The notes beneath the pieces were generated by a model that searched no databases, was not told the DNA's origin, and saw nothing but the letters and a program-made list of their open reading frames with translations. Below, piece by piece: positions 24,687 to 34,121 of a stretch of DNA of 64,000 bases. The DNA is from a virus. Every line of letters begins with the position of its first letter. Position 1 is the first letter of the stretch. The DNA is taken from IMG/VR virus record IMGVR_UViG_3300044710_000137, positions 1-64,000 of that record. The stretch is one strand, 5' to 3'. The translations under genes were made by a program, and so were the position numbers.

Positions 24687-25040
24687 ATGACCATCGTTAT
24701 CCGAGGCTTCATAGGCCAGAAGTGCGTATTCGAAGACACCCTGGACCTGGACACCCAAAAGGAATTAGAAGCCATCATCCCGCAAATCGCCACCAAACAC
24801 GCGGAGCTGCTCATGGACTCACCGCACATGATCGAAATGGAATTCCTGGACGATCCCGACCCCGCCTCCCGATTCTTCCGCTTCGGCACCGATCCACGCG
24901 GGATGGTGTTGCCTGTCGAACTAAACCTGCCGCCCTCGCCCGAGGGTCTACCAGCAACCGGCGCGGATGCGACGGGTGCGGCAGCAACGACTGAAGATTT
25001 TAATGGTGGTGAAGACGACACCGAACGAGGGAGGCGCTGA
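24687..25040 (+). CDS. Hypothetical protein
   Basis: AGGAGG SD; HMIEMEFLD...RFFRFGTDP. Confidence 0.65.
   Translation: MTIVIRGFIGQKCVFEDTLDLDTQKELEAIIPQIATKHAELLMDSPHMIEMEFLDDPDPASRFFRFGTDPRGMVLPVELNLPPSPEGLPATGADATGAAATTEDFNGGEDDTERGRR
24948..24989 (+). repeat. Family A hairpin element
   Basis: CTACCA GC-AACCG G CGC GGAT GCG A CGGGT-GC GGCAGCAAC. Confidence 0.9.
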
Positions 25041-25394
25041 ATGCCCCTCGTTCCCAGCTTCGACGATCTACTCCGGAAAATAGACGGGCGCATCGACAAA
25101 TTTCTGGAGCCGCCTTACGACAAATACCTCCAACCCGCCGAAGGGCACCTGGAAGTGGGTCTGCTGCGGCAGGATCTATTGGCCTCAATAGGCGACGATA
25201 TCGACGAGTACAACGCCGGTGCGTTCGTGGATATCGAACTAGAAGCCGAACCCCGCGCCGACGGATGGGATTTGAGATGCAGATTTCATAAAAACTGGGC
25301 ACCGCGCCACCTGGAAAAGAAGGACGGCTGGACACAGGCTCTCATAAACCAACTGGAACGGATCATCAACGAACTGCCTGGGGAGGGTCAATAA
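25041..25394 (+). CDS. Hypothetical protein
   Basis: GGAGG SD, acidic ORF. Confidence 0.6.
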   Translation: MPLVPSFDDLLRKIDGRIDKFLEPPYDKYLQPAEGHLEVGLLRQDLLASIGDDIDEYNAGAFVDIELEAEPRADGWDLRCRFHKNWAPRHLEKKDGWTQALINQLERIINELPGEGQ

Positions 25395-25425
25395 ATGTCG
25401 GTAGATCTACCCCGCGACAAATGGG

Positions 25426-25466
25426 ACCCAGCGCGGGACGCGGCGGCGGCACGCGCGGCATCAACC
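25426..25466 (+). repeat. Family A hairpin element
   Basis: ACCCA GC-GCGGG A CGC GGCG GCG G CACGC-GC GGCATCAAC. Confidence 0.9.
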
Positions 25467-25493
25467 CCTAAAGATTTTCAGGATGGTGAATAA

Positions 25494-25709
25494 ATGTACT
25501 TCACCCTTGAACTGAATGGAAAAAGAGAAATGGTAAAAGCCAGGAAAGGAATCTCTATCGGTCAAGTAACTCAACAAGCCTTCGGACCAACGGATAAAGA
25601 CGCGCGAGTAGTCATCGCCACAAATCATCGGGATACGGCCCTCGGTGCTCTGTGTAAATGCTGGCCGCTATTCGATGAGCATAAGGAGGCTCATTATGGA
25701 AGTGCTTAA
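25494..25709 (+). CDS. Hypothetical protein
   Basis: 71 aa ORF in rightward operon. Confidence 0.55.
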   Translation: MYFTLELNGKREMVKARKGISIGQVTQQAFGPTDKDARVVIATNHRDTALGALCKCWPLFDEHKEAHYGSA

Positions 25710-26262
25710 ATTGCAAACGAACGTGCCGGTTCAGGTGGCATTCAAATACCCCACCGGCAAGCCCTGCGACGGCCTGAGCGGCCCGCAAAAGATGTTCACC
25801 CTCATAGACGGCCGCATTCTCTTTTTATCGGTGCCGGCGGCTGAGCGGATCGAGCAGCAGCTCGGGGCGTTGGGGGTAGGAATCGGCGATGTGGATATAT
25901 GCAAAGCGGAAGTCAGGAACGGCAACCGCAAAGGGATCGAGTATCAGGTCAAGCGGGTAAATCCACCCGCTCCACAAGACAACGGCGCGAACGGAGTCAA
26001 GCCGCCCGCGCCGCCTACGCCAGTTTCGCAACCGGCGCCTCGCTCAGATGGACAATCCAATGGTAACGCAACCAACGGGCATGCGGCCAATGGGAATGGC
26101 GCGAAAAGCAAATTAGGTACGGTTCTCTGCGAGGTCATCGACGCCTGCCACCAGGGAAGGCAGCACGCCAAGGATATCGGCTACGAAATGCCGGTATTCA
26201 ACGGCGACGAGATCGTACGGATGGTCAATACGGTCATGATCCAGAATGGAGGCTCCCGATGA
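25696..26262 (+). CDS. Hypothetical protein, possible ssDNA-binding/annealing partner of the exonuclease
   Basis: AAGGAGG SD; beta-rich N-domain plus linker; adjacent to PD-(D/E)XK gene. Confidence 0.6.
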   Translation: MEVLKLQTNVPVQVAFKYPTGKPCDGLSGPQKMFTLIDGRILFLSVPAAERIEQQLGALGVGIGDVDICKAEVRNGNRKGIEYQVKRVNPPAPQDNGANGVKPPAPPTPVSQPAPRSDGQSNGNATNGHAANGNGAKSKLGTVLCEVIDACHQGRQHAKDIGYEMPVFNGDEIVRMVNTVMIQNGGSR

Positions 26263-27062
26263 GCGCCGCGGCCGTTATCCCCATTACTACCGGCGTGGCC
26301 GATATTCTCTCGCCATCCCAGGTGAGCACCTTCCGCGACTGTGAGGCCCGCTGGGCGTACAAGTACCTCATAGGCCTCCCGGACCAGTCGAGCCCCGCCT
26401 TGGCCCTGGGAACCGCCGTAGACACGGCTATAAAAGCGACGTGGCATCACAAACTGGACACCGGCATCGACCTACCCGTCGACGAGCTCGTGGAAATCTT
26501 TGCGGCCAAGTGGCTGGAAGAATCCGCGGAAGTGGAATTCACCCCCAAACAGGACAAAACCGAAATGGCCGCTCAGGGTGCCACCATGATCGATATCTAC
26601 ATGCGGGAAGCCGAACCAGCCATCCACCCCCGCGATGTAGACCTGGAGGTCCGGGGCAAGATCGCCGGCGTCCAGGTGCGCGGCTTCGTGGACCTGATCG
26701 ACATTTCCGGCCGGGTAATTGAATTGAAGACTGCCGGCCGGACGCCATCGAATATCAGCCCCAACCACGCCTTCCAGTTGGCCACCTATGCACAACTGGC
26801 TCCGGATGTTAGCCCGCAAATGCGGGTGGATACTCTGGTCAAGCTGAAGAAACCCAAACTGGTGCAGATCGAGCACGAAATCACGCTGCCCGATTACCAC
26901 TACCTAAGGTCCAGCTACCCCCTCGTGCAAGAAAAAATGCGCGAGGGTTTATTTGATTGCAACCGGAATAGTTGGCTTTGCCGTAGGGGTTCCTGCAGTT
27001 ACTGGCAACGTTGCGAAGCCGAGTACGGCGGAATTGTGCCCGGCGGGGATGGTGACGAATGA
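26259..27062 (+). CDS. PD-(D/E)XK RecB/Cas4-like exonuclease
   Basis: LSPSQ..C, RGFVDLID..VIELKT, QLATY, C-terminal C..C..C. Confidence 0.85.
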   Translation: MSAAAVIPITTGVADILSPSQVSTFRDCEARWAYKYLIGLPDQSSPALALGTAVDTAIKATWHHKLDTGIDLPVDELVEIFAAKWLEESAEVEFTPKQDKTEMAAQGATMIDIYMREAEPAIHPRDVDLEVRGKIAGVQVRGFVDLIDISGRVIELKTAGRTPSNISPNHAFQLATYAQLAPDVSPQMRVDTLVKLKKPKLVQIEHEITLPDYHYLRSSYPLVQEKMREGLFDCNRNSWLCRRGSCSYWQRCEAEYGGIVPGGDGDE

Positions 27063-27198
27063 GCGCCAAACCATCCGTTCTTCTCGATGAGCCCAGGGTT
27101 GAGTCGCGCACGTCCACTCCCCTATTGCTCTGGTGGACTCTTTTGATTGGCGTAGTCCTTGGGTGTGGATGTACATTGTTAGCTGTTTGGAGCCTTCA

Positions 27199-27561
27199 AT
27201 GAAAGCAAAAAGCAAATCAGGCAAATCAGTTGTTGATGCCGCCGGGGTCACGCCAGTGCCCCCGGCTGGTAGAACCGCACCGTCGCTTAAAGAGGCACCA
27301 CCCTTTACTAGGGCGCAGAAAGACGAGGTGCTGCTCCTTGTATTCAGTATTTTATCCGCGGCTCACGGAATTGTGGAGGCGGCTATCGAAGACCGGGCTA
27401 TTTCGGCACATGACGTCGAGTCTTACTACGGCACTTGGACCGAACTACTCTGCACGGTGGACGGCGGCTATTATCAGGGTAGTTTGCTACGCGGCGATCT
27501 CTTCGACGACATCGAAGCCCGCTGCTTTCCTGGTGTGAAAATCAAAGGCGGCCCAGAATGA
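27199..27561 (+). CDS. Hypothetical protein starting with A-element-encoded peptide
   Basis: MKAKSKSGKSVVDAAGVTPVPPAG shared with 27908 gene. Confidence 0.6.
   Translation: MKAKSKSGKSVVDAAGVTPVPPAGRTAPSLKEAPPFTRAQKDEVLLLVFSILSAAHGIVEAAIEDRAISAHDVESYYGTWTELLCTVDGGYYQGSLLRGDLFDDIEARCFPGVKIKGGPE
27231..27272 (-). repeat. Family A hairpin element
   Basis: CTACCA GC-CGGGG G CAC TGGC GTG A CCCCG-GC GGCATCAAC. Confidence 0.9.
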
Positions 27562-27911
27562 CGCGTCTCACCAAGCCCGTCAAGCGCGAGGCTGCCACCG
27601 GGAGCCACGGCGGCAAGAAGTACAACCCGGAGGCCTACTTCCTTGAGCAATGTGGCTGGCGCATCGCTGCGAACGGCCAGTGGCTGAAACAAGGCTGGTA
27701 CTTCACCGCAGATGAAGCTATGACCGTGCAGGTCGCGCTGGATGGCGGTGTGCTGAAATACCTGCCTCTGAAGCGTGATGCCACGCCGATCATGCAGCAC
27801 AAGATTCGGGCCATCACCGAAGCCTGCCGAAAGCCGGAACCAGCGGCGGACACGGCCGTGGCCGACGCAGCTCCAAACAATAATCTTCCTGAGAAGCGAG
27901 GCCCAGAATGA
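27558..27911 (+). CDS. Hypothetical protein
   Basis: MTRLTKPVKRE N-terminus shared with 28221 gene. Confidence 0.6.
   Translation: MTRLTKPVKREAATGSHGGKKYNPEAYFLEQCGWRIAANGQWLKQGWYFTADEAMTVQVALDGGVLKYLPLKRDATPIMQHKIRAITEACRKPEPAADTAVADAAPNNNLPEKRGPE
27838..27878 (+). repeat. Family A hairpin element
   Basis: ACCA GC-GGCGG A CAC GGCC GTG G CCGAC-GC AGCTCCAAAC. Confidence 0.75.
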
Positions 27912-27940
27912 AAGAAAAAAGTAAATCAGGCAAATCATTT

Positions 27941-27980
27941 GTTGATGCCGCCGGGGTCACGCCAGTGCCCCCGGCTGGTA
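27941..27980 (-). repeat. Family A hairpin element
   Basis: Identical core to 27231 copy. Confidence 0.9.
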
Positions 27981-28220
27981 AACCTGACAAGACTAACCTT
28001 CCGCCTATGAGTAGCCGAATACACCTCGCCCGCAGGTCGCCCTCCGGAAGACCGCAAGGACCTCTCCGGCTGGTTGCTCAGCACTTAGGTGGTTCCGGCA
28101 CTGTAATTCTGGAATGCGGGCATCGGATTTATCGCGACACCACCCACGATAAGCGGCGCCGATGCCCGGTCTGCCCGACGCAGCACCAAACAAAAAGCCT
28201 CTTACAAAACGGAGCAAGAA

Positions 28221-28437
28221 ATGACGCGCCTCACCCGCCTCACCAAGCCGGTTAAGCGCGAAACTGCCACGGTCGTGCGCCACCGCGCCCTCATGGCCGA
28301 ATTGCACGCCGGTTACCTGACGCTCCGCGAGAAAAGGGCGCCGCGCCGGCGTATCGGTCGATTACCGCGCCATCTACGACCTGGGATGGAAGATGCTGGC
28401 GCGCCAGAAGGCGGCGGAAAGGAAGGCTGCGCGATGA
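28221..28437 (+). pseudogene. Small basic protein with apparent +1 frameshift at A-run 28332-28335
   Basis: Removing one A gives LREKGRRAGVSVDYRAIYDLGWK..., ending in ATGA overlap with 28434. Confidence 0.5.
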
Positions 28438-28859
28438 ATGCTATCAAACTTATCTTGGACCTTCACAAGCACGACGGCGCCGATCCAGTATCAAAGCTCC
28501 CCGGCCTCTGGGAACGCAAACTCGACGACCGGTGGACGTTCTGGGTAAACGGCCACATGGAACCGCTACCCGTTCCGCACGATGCGGGCGCCCCGGAAAT
28601 GCGCGTGCTGCCCGGTGAATGCTACGTCGAATACAACGGCTGGCCGGCTGCCACATTTTCGATAATCTGCCCCGGAGATGGTATTTTCGCCGCTGGCTCA
28701 GCCGCCAACTACCACACGTTCTGTGCGGCACTCGAAGCAGCCCTATTGTCACCCATCTGTACCAGCGGAACTCCCCCGACAGCCAAGCCGGGCTCAGCTC
28801 CGGGTCTAACTGGCGATTTCCAACGCCGCAAAGCTCACAAGCAAAAAGGAGTGGATTGA
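28434..28859 (+). CDS. Hypothetical protein
   Basis: WTFWVNGH...VEYNGWPA; ATG 28434. Confidence 0.65.
   Translation: MNAIKLILDLHKHDGADPVSKLPGLWERKLDDRWTFWVNGHMEPLPVPHDAGAPEMRVLPGECYVEYNGWPAATFSIICPGDGIFAAGSAANYHTFCAALEAALLSPICTSGTPPTAKPGSAPGLTGDFQRRKAHKQKGVD
28761..28840 (+). repeat. Family B element (ACCAGCGGAA subtype)
   Basis: ACCAGCGGAA..GCTCAGCTCCG..CAAAGCTCACAA. Confidence 0.7.
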
Positions 28860-28860
28860 A

Positions 28861-29220
28861 ATGCTAAACCTCAGCACCCTTGTATATCTAATAACAGGTA
28901 GTATCCAACCCAGAAGGAAGAAGCGTAAGAAATTCCGTTCCCACCCAAACCGCTCAAAACCATACTTGGCCTGGATACGGACGCTCGATTGCCTCGTCCC
29001 CTTCTGCGAGTTCAAACCGATTCAAGCAGCCCACACTGGATCGGACGGAGGAACCGGTATTAAGGCATCCGACTGGAGCGCGGTCCCATTGTGCCTGATT
29101 CATCACGCCCTCTATCACCAGATTGGCAAGCGGGCATTCGCAAAACGGTATCGCCTCAATTTCCAGGCTATCGTAGAACGGCTGAACGCGATCTTTAAGA
29201 GTGGGGAGCGTGCGGCATGA
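28861..29220 (+). CDS. DUF968-like putative Zn/HNH-type nuclease
   Basis: YLAWIRTLDC..C...AAH..G.G.K.SD...VPLC..HH..YH. Confidence 0.75.
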   Translation: MLNLSTLVYLITGSIQPRRKKRKKFRSHPNRSKPYLAWIRTLDCLVPFCEFKPIQAAHTGSDGGTGIKASDWSAVPLCLIHHALYHQIGKRAFAKRYRLNFQAIVERLNAIFKSGERAA

Positions 29221-29945
29221 AAACGCGTAAACCGTGCCCCGGATGCGGACAAGTCATCCATGGCAGGGAGGCTGAGAAGGTTTGCGTCGATTGCCGCCGC
29301 GCGATCGATAGTTGGAACAAACATATCGCGACCATTAAGGCTGCGCCGGATCAGTGCATGGTCTTACTGAAAGGCGTCTATCACTGGTATCCGATGTTTT
29401 ACTTCGGCGGACCGCGATGCAGCATTTTTGAACTGGACGAGATGCGCGGGGAACTTGCCGAGTTTTTCGAGGAGTTAGCGACGCGGCTATGCTCCCATAT
29501 TGTGGAGTGGCAGGACGCGAGAGGCGAGAAACCTGAAGAACTATTTCCGGTGCCCGACGTGCGGAAGCCGCTAAAAACCGGCCAAAACTACGCGGAGCCA
29601 GTCGGATATCCAGCCACGCATGGGGAAAGTAGCTACCACGATAAAACGGGCCTGATCGACCGCCGCAACCTGGAGCTACTGCGCGGACTCTGGGACAGGA
29701 CCGCCCGCTTTACGGATCTCGCCTACATCGCAGGATTGACCGACGGGCGCAATCTATTGCTGCAACTTTCAAGCGGTGCGCTGTCCGTGGACGATCTCCA
29801 GGAACACGACGTCAAGGTGGCGAGAGACCGCCAGAACGCCGCGTACCTGCACCGGAAGCTCAAGGGGACGCCCAAGCGCACTCGGCAGAAACCAGCGGCC
29901 AACACGGATGTGGTGGACGCGGCATCGACATCAAAAGATTTGTAA
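29217..29945 (+). CDS. Hypothetical protein with N-terminal Zn ribbon
   Basis: CPGC...CVDC; coupled start. Confidence 0.7.
   Translation: MKTRKPCPGCGQVIHGREAEKVCVDCRRAIDSWNKHIATIKAAPDQCMVLLKGVYHWYPMFYFGGPRCSIFELDEMRGELAEFFEELATRLCSHIVEWQDARGEKPEELFPVPDVRKPLKTGQNYAEPVGYPATHGESSYHDKTGLIDRRNLELLRGLWDRTARFTDLAYIAGLTDGRNLLLQLSSGALSVDDLQEHDVKVARDRQNAAYLHRKLKGTPKRTRQKPAANTDVVDAASTSKDL
29891..29930 (+). repeat. Family A hairpin element
   Basis: ACCA GC-GGCCA A CAC GGAT GTG G TGGAC-GC GGCATCGAC. Confidence 0.85.
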
Positions 29946-30049
29946 ATGACCACCACCCACCCCACCCTCTTAGACTGGATCTGCTGGAAGCTCTTTATCT
30001 TCTTCCATCGCTCCCGTTGGAGCTGGCTCTGGCATAGACGGAGAATTCG

Positions 30050-30346
30050 ATGAAGAAGGTCCGCATCGTTCAATGTCTCTGCCCTAAACGTCACTGCATG
30101 GCCGCCATGGCGTATCAGACGGAGGATGGCCAGGAGAACCCCGAGATCCGAAAATTACTCCAGAAAAAATTTGAGCAGTTGATCGAGGCGCACCTTTGCA
30201 ACCCTTGGTGCGGGTTGTGTAAAGCCCCCTATTCCACCTTCTTCTACGAGGACATGCCCACCATCTTCGCCACCATGGAGGAGGCTCGCGTTTTTCATGG
30301 GAATGGTATTTGGGTCTCTCGGTACACTGGTAGTTATATGGAGTAG
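30050..30346 (+). CDS. Cys-rich hypothetical protein
   Basis: QCLCP.RHC...NPWCGLC. Confidence 0.65.
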   Translation: MKKVRIVQCLCPKRHCMAAMAYQTEDGQENPEIRKLLQKKFEQLIEAHLCNPWCGLCKAPYSTFFYEDMPTIFATMEEARVFHGNGIWVSRYTGSYME

Positions 30347-30349
30347 AAC

Positions 30350-30703
30350 GTGAAAGAAGAAAAATCAGTTGTCGATGCCGCCGCGGTCGCCTCCACGCCC
30401 GCGGCTGGTAAAGGCGAACGCTGGTCGGGATCTGTGCAGGTTTGTCTTTTTCGCACGCATGACGATTCCGGCATCCGTATTGAGGTGTGGCTGAAAACCG
30501 AGGGCAACTGGAAGTTATCCTCGGACACCGACCACACCTGGCAGTCCCTGCATTGCCTGATCCACGAAGAACAACGCGAGGCGGGGCAATCCTCTGCCGC
30601 ATCGCCGACGGCCTATTGGAAGCTGAACGCCATGGAACCAGCGGCCAACACGGATGTGGTGGACGCGGCACCAACACCTAAACATTTGAAAGATGAACCA
30701 TGA
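30350..30703 (+). CDS. Hypothetical protein beginning and ending in A elements
   Basis: SVVDAAAVASTPAAG ... PAANTDVVDAAPT. Confidence 0.55.
   Translation: MKEEKSVVDAAAVASTPAAGKGERWSGSVQVCLFRTHDDSGIRIEVWLKTEGNWKLSSDTDHTWQSLHCLIHEEQREAGQSSAASPTAYWKLNAMEPAANTDVVDAAPTPKHLKDEP
30371..30410 (-). repeat. Family A hairpin element
   Basis: TACCA GC-CGCGG G CG TGGAGG CG A CCGCG-GC GGCATCGAC. Confidence 0.85.
30637..30676 (+). repeat. Family A hairpin element
   Basis: Near-identical to 29891 copy. Confidence 0.85.
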
Positions 30704-30927
30704 ACATCCGTACAGGCGCTGGTATTGCCGCGCTATTCGAGGAGCCAGAGATTGAGCACAAATGCAAGCGCTGCGGTGCCGCATTTTTCTCCCGATGTCG
30801 TAGTGTTAAACGATGCCCACCATGCCGAGCTGCGGTGAAGGACGAGCGCCAGAAGCGGCGGGATGCGGCGCGGCCAAAGCCCTAAGCCCAGATCGGCAAT
30901 CCAAGCGATCCCTGGCACCCAAAGGTT

Positions 30928-30970
30928 CTACCAGCGCGGGACACGGATTGTGGCCCGCGCGGCAGCAACA
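30928..30970 (+). repeat. Family A hairpin element
   Basis: CTACCA GC-GCGGG A CAC GGATT GTG G CCCGC-GC GGCAGCAAC. Confidence 0.9.
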
Positions 30971-31010
30971 TCAAATTTGACGTTTACGGCATCCTCCAAT
31001 CCCGTAAGAA

Positions 31011-31337
31011 TCACCCACCCGCGGTCATGGTCTTCACTTGGCGCTTGGCAGCCTTGGCCCGTTTCTGCGCGGCCGCGCGGAGCTTCTCTTTGTGCGCTTC
31101 GGTTAGCGGGGCCCTCACACGGGTTACGTGGACCGTCGGCACGGAAGCTGTCCCGCCCAGCACCTGGTGATCGACTGCATTCCATGTGTTTGCGATCCCC
31201 ACGATAATCGCACCGGCGAGCATAGCCCGCTGGCTGTCGGATAACTGGCGCTGGCAGGTCAAGTAGATTGCCTCGGTGGTTGGATCCAAGCGAGGGGTAT
31301 TGATTGATAGAGCTGGCTTCTTTGGTTTGTTTGGCAC
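31011..31337 (-). CDS. Hypothetical protein
   Basis: GGGAG SD; basic C-terminus. Confidence 0.6.
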   Translation of the reverse strand: MPNKPKKPALSINTPRLDPTTEAIYLTCQRQLSDSQRAMLAGAIIVGIANTWNAVDHQVLGGTASVPTVHVTRVRAPLTEAHKEKLRAAAQKRAKAAKRQVKTMTAGG

Positions 31338-31380
31338 TTGATTCTCCCTGAGGGACAGGGTAACGCAAAATCATTATAGG

Positions 31381-31468
31381 CTGGCGAGCTTCGGGCTTTT
31401 GGCGCCCACGCGCGATGGGCAAATGGGTGAGCGAATGGCTGTCGCGCATCACCTACCGCAGGCCCGGT
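31381..31468 (-). repeat. Family B element
   Basis: TGGCGAGCTTCGGGCTTTTGGCGCCC..GGGCAAATGGGTGAGCG..CCGCAGGCCCGG. Confidence 0.9.
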
Positions 31469-31509
31469 TCGTACTGATTTCGGCACTTACCTCACGGCCC
31501 AAATCTACC

Positions 31510-32007
31510 TCAAATAAATCTTCCGATTGGCAGAATAGGAAATGGAACGCGCTCGCCATTTCGAAAGCGCTGGGAGAACCTGAAAAGGCTGAAGCGCGCA
31601 TTCTCCCACTGCTGCATGGCGGGAACCGGGTGCCGTCGCGACCTATCGAGTTCAGTCCGGCTCTCCCATAGTTCCGCATTGCCGCAGGGCGGAGCATCGT
31701 CGGGCACACAGAACAGCACTCGCAGTTCCGGCATATCACGATAGAGGAGCGGCCGGTCGCGTCCGGACTCAAAGAACAGCAGCGATGCAAGCCACGCCTG
31801 CGATGTTTGGCTGAAACCCGCGGTGCAACGTTTGACGTGCGTGGCCGCGCAGTGAATCAGGGTGCTGCCGCCTTCGACCGCTACGATTTCGACAGATTTC
31901 GGAGGGGGTAGCATTATAAGCAGCATCGTGGATTTACCCTTGGGCCTAGCCATTTTGTTCAATATATCCCAGCGCCCCTGTGACCACCAGCGGAATCCGC
32001 CCGACAC
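31510..32007 (-). CDS. Hypothetical cargo gene between back-to-back B elements
   Basis: ORF; true start probably MARPKGK (~31953). Confidence 0.55.
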   Translation of the reverse strand: MSGGFRWWSQGRWDILNKMARPKGKSTMLLIMLPPPKSVEIVAVEGGSTLIHCAATHVKRCTAGFSQTSQAWLASLLFFESGRDRPLLYRDMPELRVLFCVPDDAPPCGNAELWESRTELDRSRRHPVPAMQQWENARFSLFRFSQRFRNGERVPFPILPIGRFI

Positions 32008-32063
32008 AAAACCGGTCTCCAGTTCCCCGATGGCATCGCGCGATTTCCATAGATCGAAGCCAG
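31986..32063 (+). repeat. Family B element (ACCAGCGGAA subtype)
   Basis: CCAGCGGAATCCGC..CGGTCTCCAGTTCCCCGAT..CATCGCGCGATT..ATCGAAGCCA; matches 43662. Confidence 0.85.
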
Positions 32064-32347
32064 AAAAGGCTCAATGCTGTTTTGGGTTACTTTTTACAGG
32101 TATGTTTGGTGGAACAGAATTGACCCCTGGTGCGTTCGCAAGCTTCATCCAGGCTTCGTAGTCCCAGTGAAGGATAGCGAGCTGTTCTAGGCTAATATGG
32201 CCGTGCTGGTAAAGATATTCCAGGAAGGTCATCGAGATCCATACTTCCTCTCCCACCGCTCACAGGATTTACGGTTCTCAGCTCGCATGCGTTCCTGTTC
32301 TCTCAACCGGCGCCAGTGGATTAGGTTATAGAGGCGTCTTAACCAGG

Positions 32348-32605
32348 TCAATTGAACCCCTCGATCCATTTTCTAACCTCATTCGGGTCATTGTGACCAC
32401 CATAGAACATTGGGGCGATCATCTTGCCAGGGTGATCTTTCAACTCTGGATGTTTGCTCAGGTCTGAGAGCATCGAGGTCATCGCATTTACCGGATCGCC
32501 GGGAAGATACTCAAGGGCTCGGCGCTTGGCCCACTCCAGGTGTTCAGCGCGATTGCGAATGGTTGATTGTGGAAGACCGGCATAGTCTTCAGCATCATCG
32601 TTCAT
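32348..32605 (-). CDS. Conserved phage hypothetical
   Basis: RAEHLEWAKRRALEYL..SDLSKHPE..RKWIEGFN. Confidence 0.7.
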   Translation of the reverse strand: MNDDAEDYAGLPQSTIRNRAEHLEWAKRRALEYLPGDPVNAMTSMLSDLSKHPELKDHPGKMIAPMFYGGHNDPNEVRKWIEGFN

Positions 32606-32907
32606 TTCAGTCCACCTTCAGAAGTATTCGGTGTTGATGCCGCTTCCGTCGCCGCGGCGCCGGAAGCTGGTAGAACCAGTTCGGGTTCGCCTCCGACGCC
32701 CCTGAGTGCTTCGAGTACCGCTGCAGCTATGCCTATAGCGGGGGAACGGTCGGTATTGTTGATGGCCGGCTTGAATTCCGCCTGGACATCCACACCGCCC
32801 CCTTCTACGTCGCTGATGGTGAGGGTGAAGGTGATGCGTCGACCAGCCGCAGGCACGGCGGTGACTGCGGCGGCATCAACAACTGATTTGCCTTTTAATT
32901 TTCGCAT
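32602..32907 (-). CDS. Hypothetical protein beginning and ending in A elements
   Basis: KSVVDAAAVTAVPAAG ... LPASGAAATEAAST. Confidence 0.6.
   Translation of the reverse strand: MRKLKGKSVVDAAAVTAVPAAGRRITFTLTISDVEGGGVDVQAEFKPAINNTDRSPAIGIAAAVLEALRGVGGEPELVLPASGAAATEAASTPNTSEGGLK
32633..32672 (-). repeat. Family A hairpin element
   Basis: CTACCA GC-TTCCG G CGC CGCG GCG A CGGAA-GC GGCATCAAC. Confidence 0.9.
32842..32880 (+). repeat. Family A hairpin element
   Basis: ACCA GC-CGCAG G CAC GGCG GTG A CTGCG-GC GGCATCAAC. Confidence 0.9.
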
Positions 32908-33230
32908 TATACTATTGCCTCTAATAATGGCCGTGCTTTATCCTTCCGGATAATCCTGGTTTTCCGCGCCTTCCGCTTCCACACCCGGTAGTCGTGCTTC
33001 TTATGACACGGCTCGCACCAGGCCGCCAGGTTGTCGTCGGTATCATGCCCCGGTGTTCGATCGATATGCGCGATCGATAAACGTAAACCCTCCCGCTTGC
33101 ACTTCTCGCACCTGCCGCCGGCGCGCGCCAGTATCCGCGGGCGGATGACATACCGCCAGTGATAGCCGTAGAATTTTCGGAGTTCCGGGCGCACGGGCAC
33201 GGCTATCTCAATCTCCTCGACGCGGCCCAA
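32907..33230 (-). CDS. HNH endonuclease
   Basis: RAGGRCEKC...IAHID....DDNLAAWCEPCH..HD. Confidence 0.8.
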   Translation of the reverse strand: MGRVEEIEIAVPVRPELRKFYGYHWRYVIRPRILARAGGRCEKCKREGLRLSIAHIDRTPGHDTDDNLAAWCEPCHKKHDYRVWKRKARKTRIIRKDKARPLLEAIV

Positions 33231-33922
33231 TCGCTGAACTCCTTATCCGCGACGGCGGCCGCCAAGCGTGCACCTTCGGGATCCGCCTCCAGACAGCGCA
33301 GCCATGCTTGGTGGTTAATGTTGGCCTGAACGCGGTTTGGCGGCTTGCGCGGACGCGGCGCGTGGTCCGGTTGATTTACGACTATACGGCGGATCCTCAG
33401 TATTTCGCGGACATCTTCCAGGCGGGCGACCCCGTACCGGATGACCTCCTCGGCTAGGCCGAGCTGGCGGGGTGTCCAGCCATGCCGCAACAGTATCGCG
33501 GCACTCACCGATAGTGGGTGGGCGCCCATTTCACCTACCCCTCGCCTTAGCGTTGAGGATGTGCCGCGAAAGCTCGGTACATTTGCGGCAGTTCACGCGC
33601 TTCTGGGTGGGCGATAGGGCGGCGAGCTTCCGGATGAGGTGGTGGCCGCATTCCAGGCTAAGGTCCACGCGCGGGCCGCCGATGGAGTTTTGGGGCGGGC
33701 TGAGGAAGAGTATTCGCCTTAGGGTCACGGCTTTACTCTCCTGGTGTAGGTTTTGGCGAGGCGTGGGGGAATTACTTTACGGCGAGGTGGATGGCCATCG
33801 AGGATATCCTGGGCTTCTATTTCCTTGGTGAGCTCGTCCAGGATCTTGGCGCCCTCGCGGACTTCTTTATCGTGGGCCCGCATCATTCTTTTGGTGGTTA
33901 GGCTTTCTAACTGATTAGCCAT
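33203..33922 (-). CDS. Three small hypothetical genes (33203-33529, 33531-33728, 33725-33922)
   Basis: Tightly coupled leftward ORFs. Confidence 0.55.
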
Positions 33923-33954
33923 AATTACCCTCCAAGTTCAAAATCAAAATCAGT

Positions 33955-33991
33955 GTTTGATGCCGCGCCGGTCAGCCTGCCCGGCGCTGGT
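33955..33991 (-). repeat. Family A hairpin element
   Basis: ACCA GC-GCCGG G CA GGC TG A CCGGC-GC GGCATCAAAC. Confidence 0.9.
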
Positions 33992-34121
33992 GCCTGCATC
34001 TTCTTTTTCTGCCGCTTCTGTCTGCGTGCCGCCAGGCGCAAAGGCAAACCCGCCAGGCGCTCATTGACGAATTCCTTCTTGGTCTTCGGCTCGATCTCCA
34101 GCAGCCGCATTTGACGGACGG

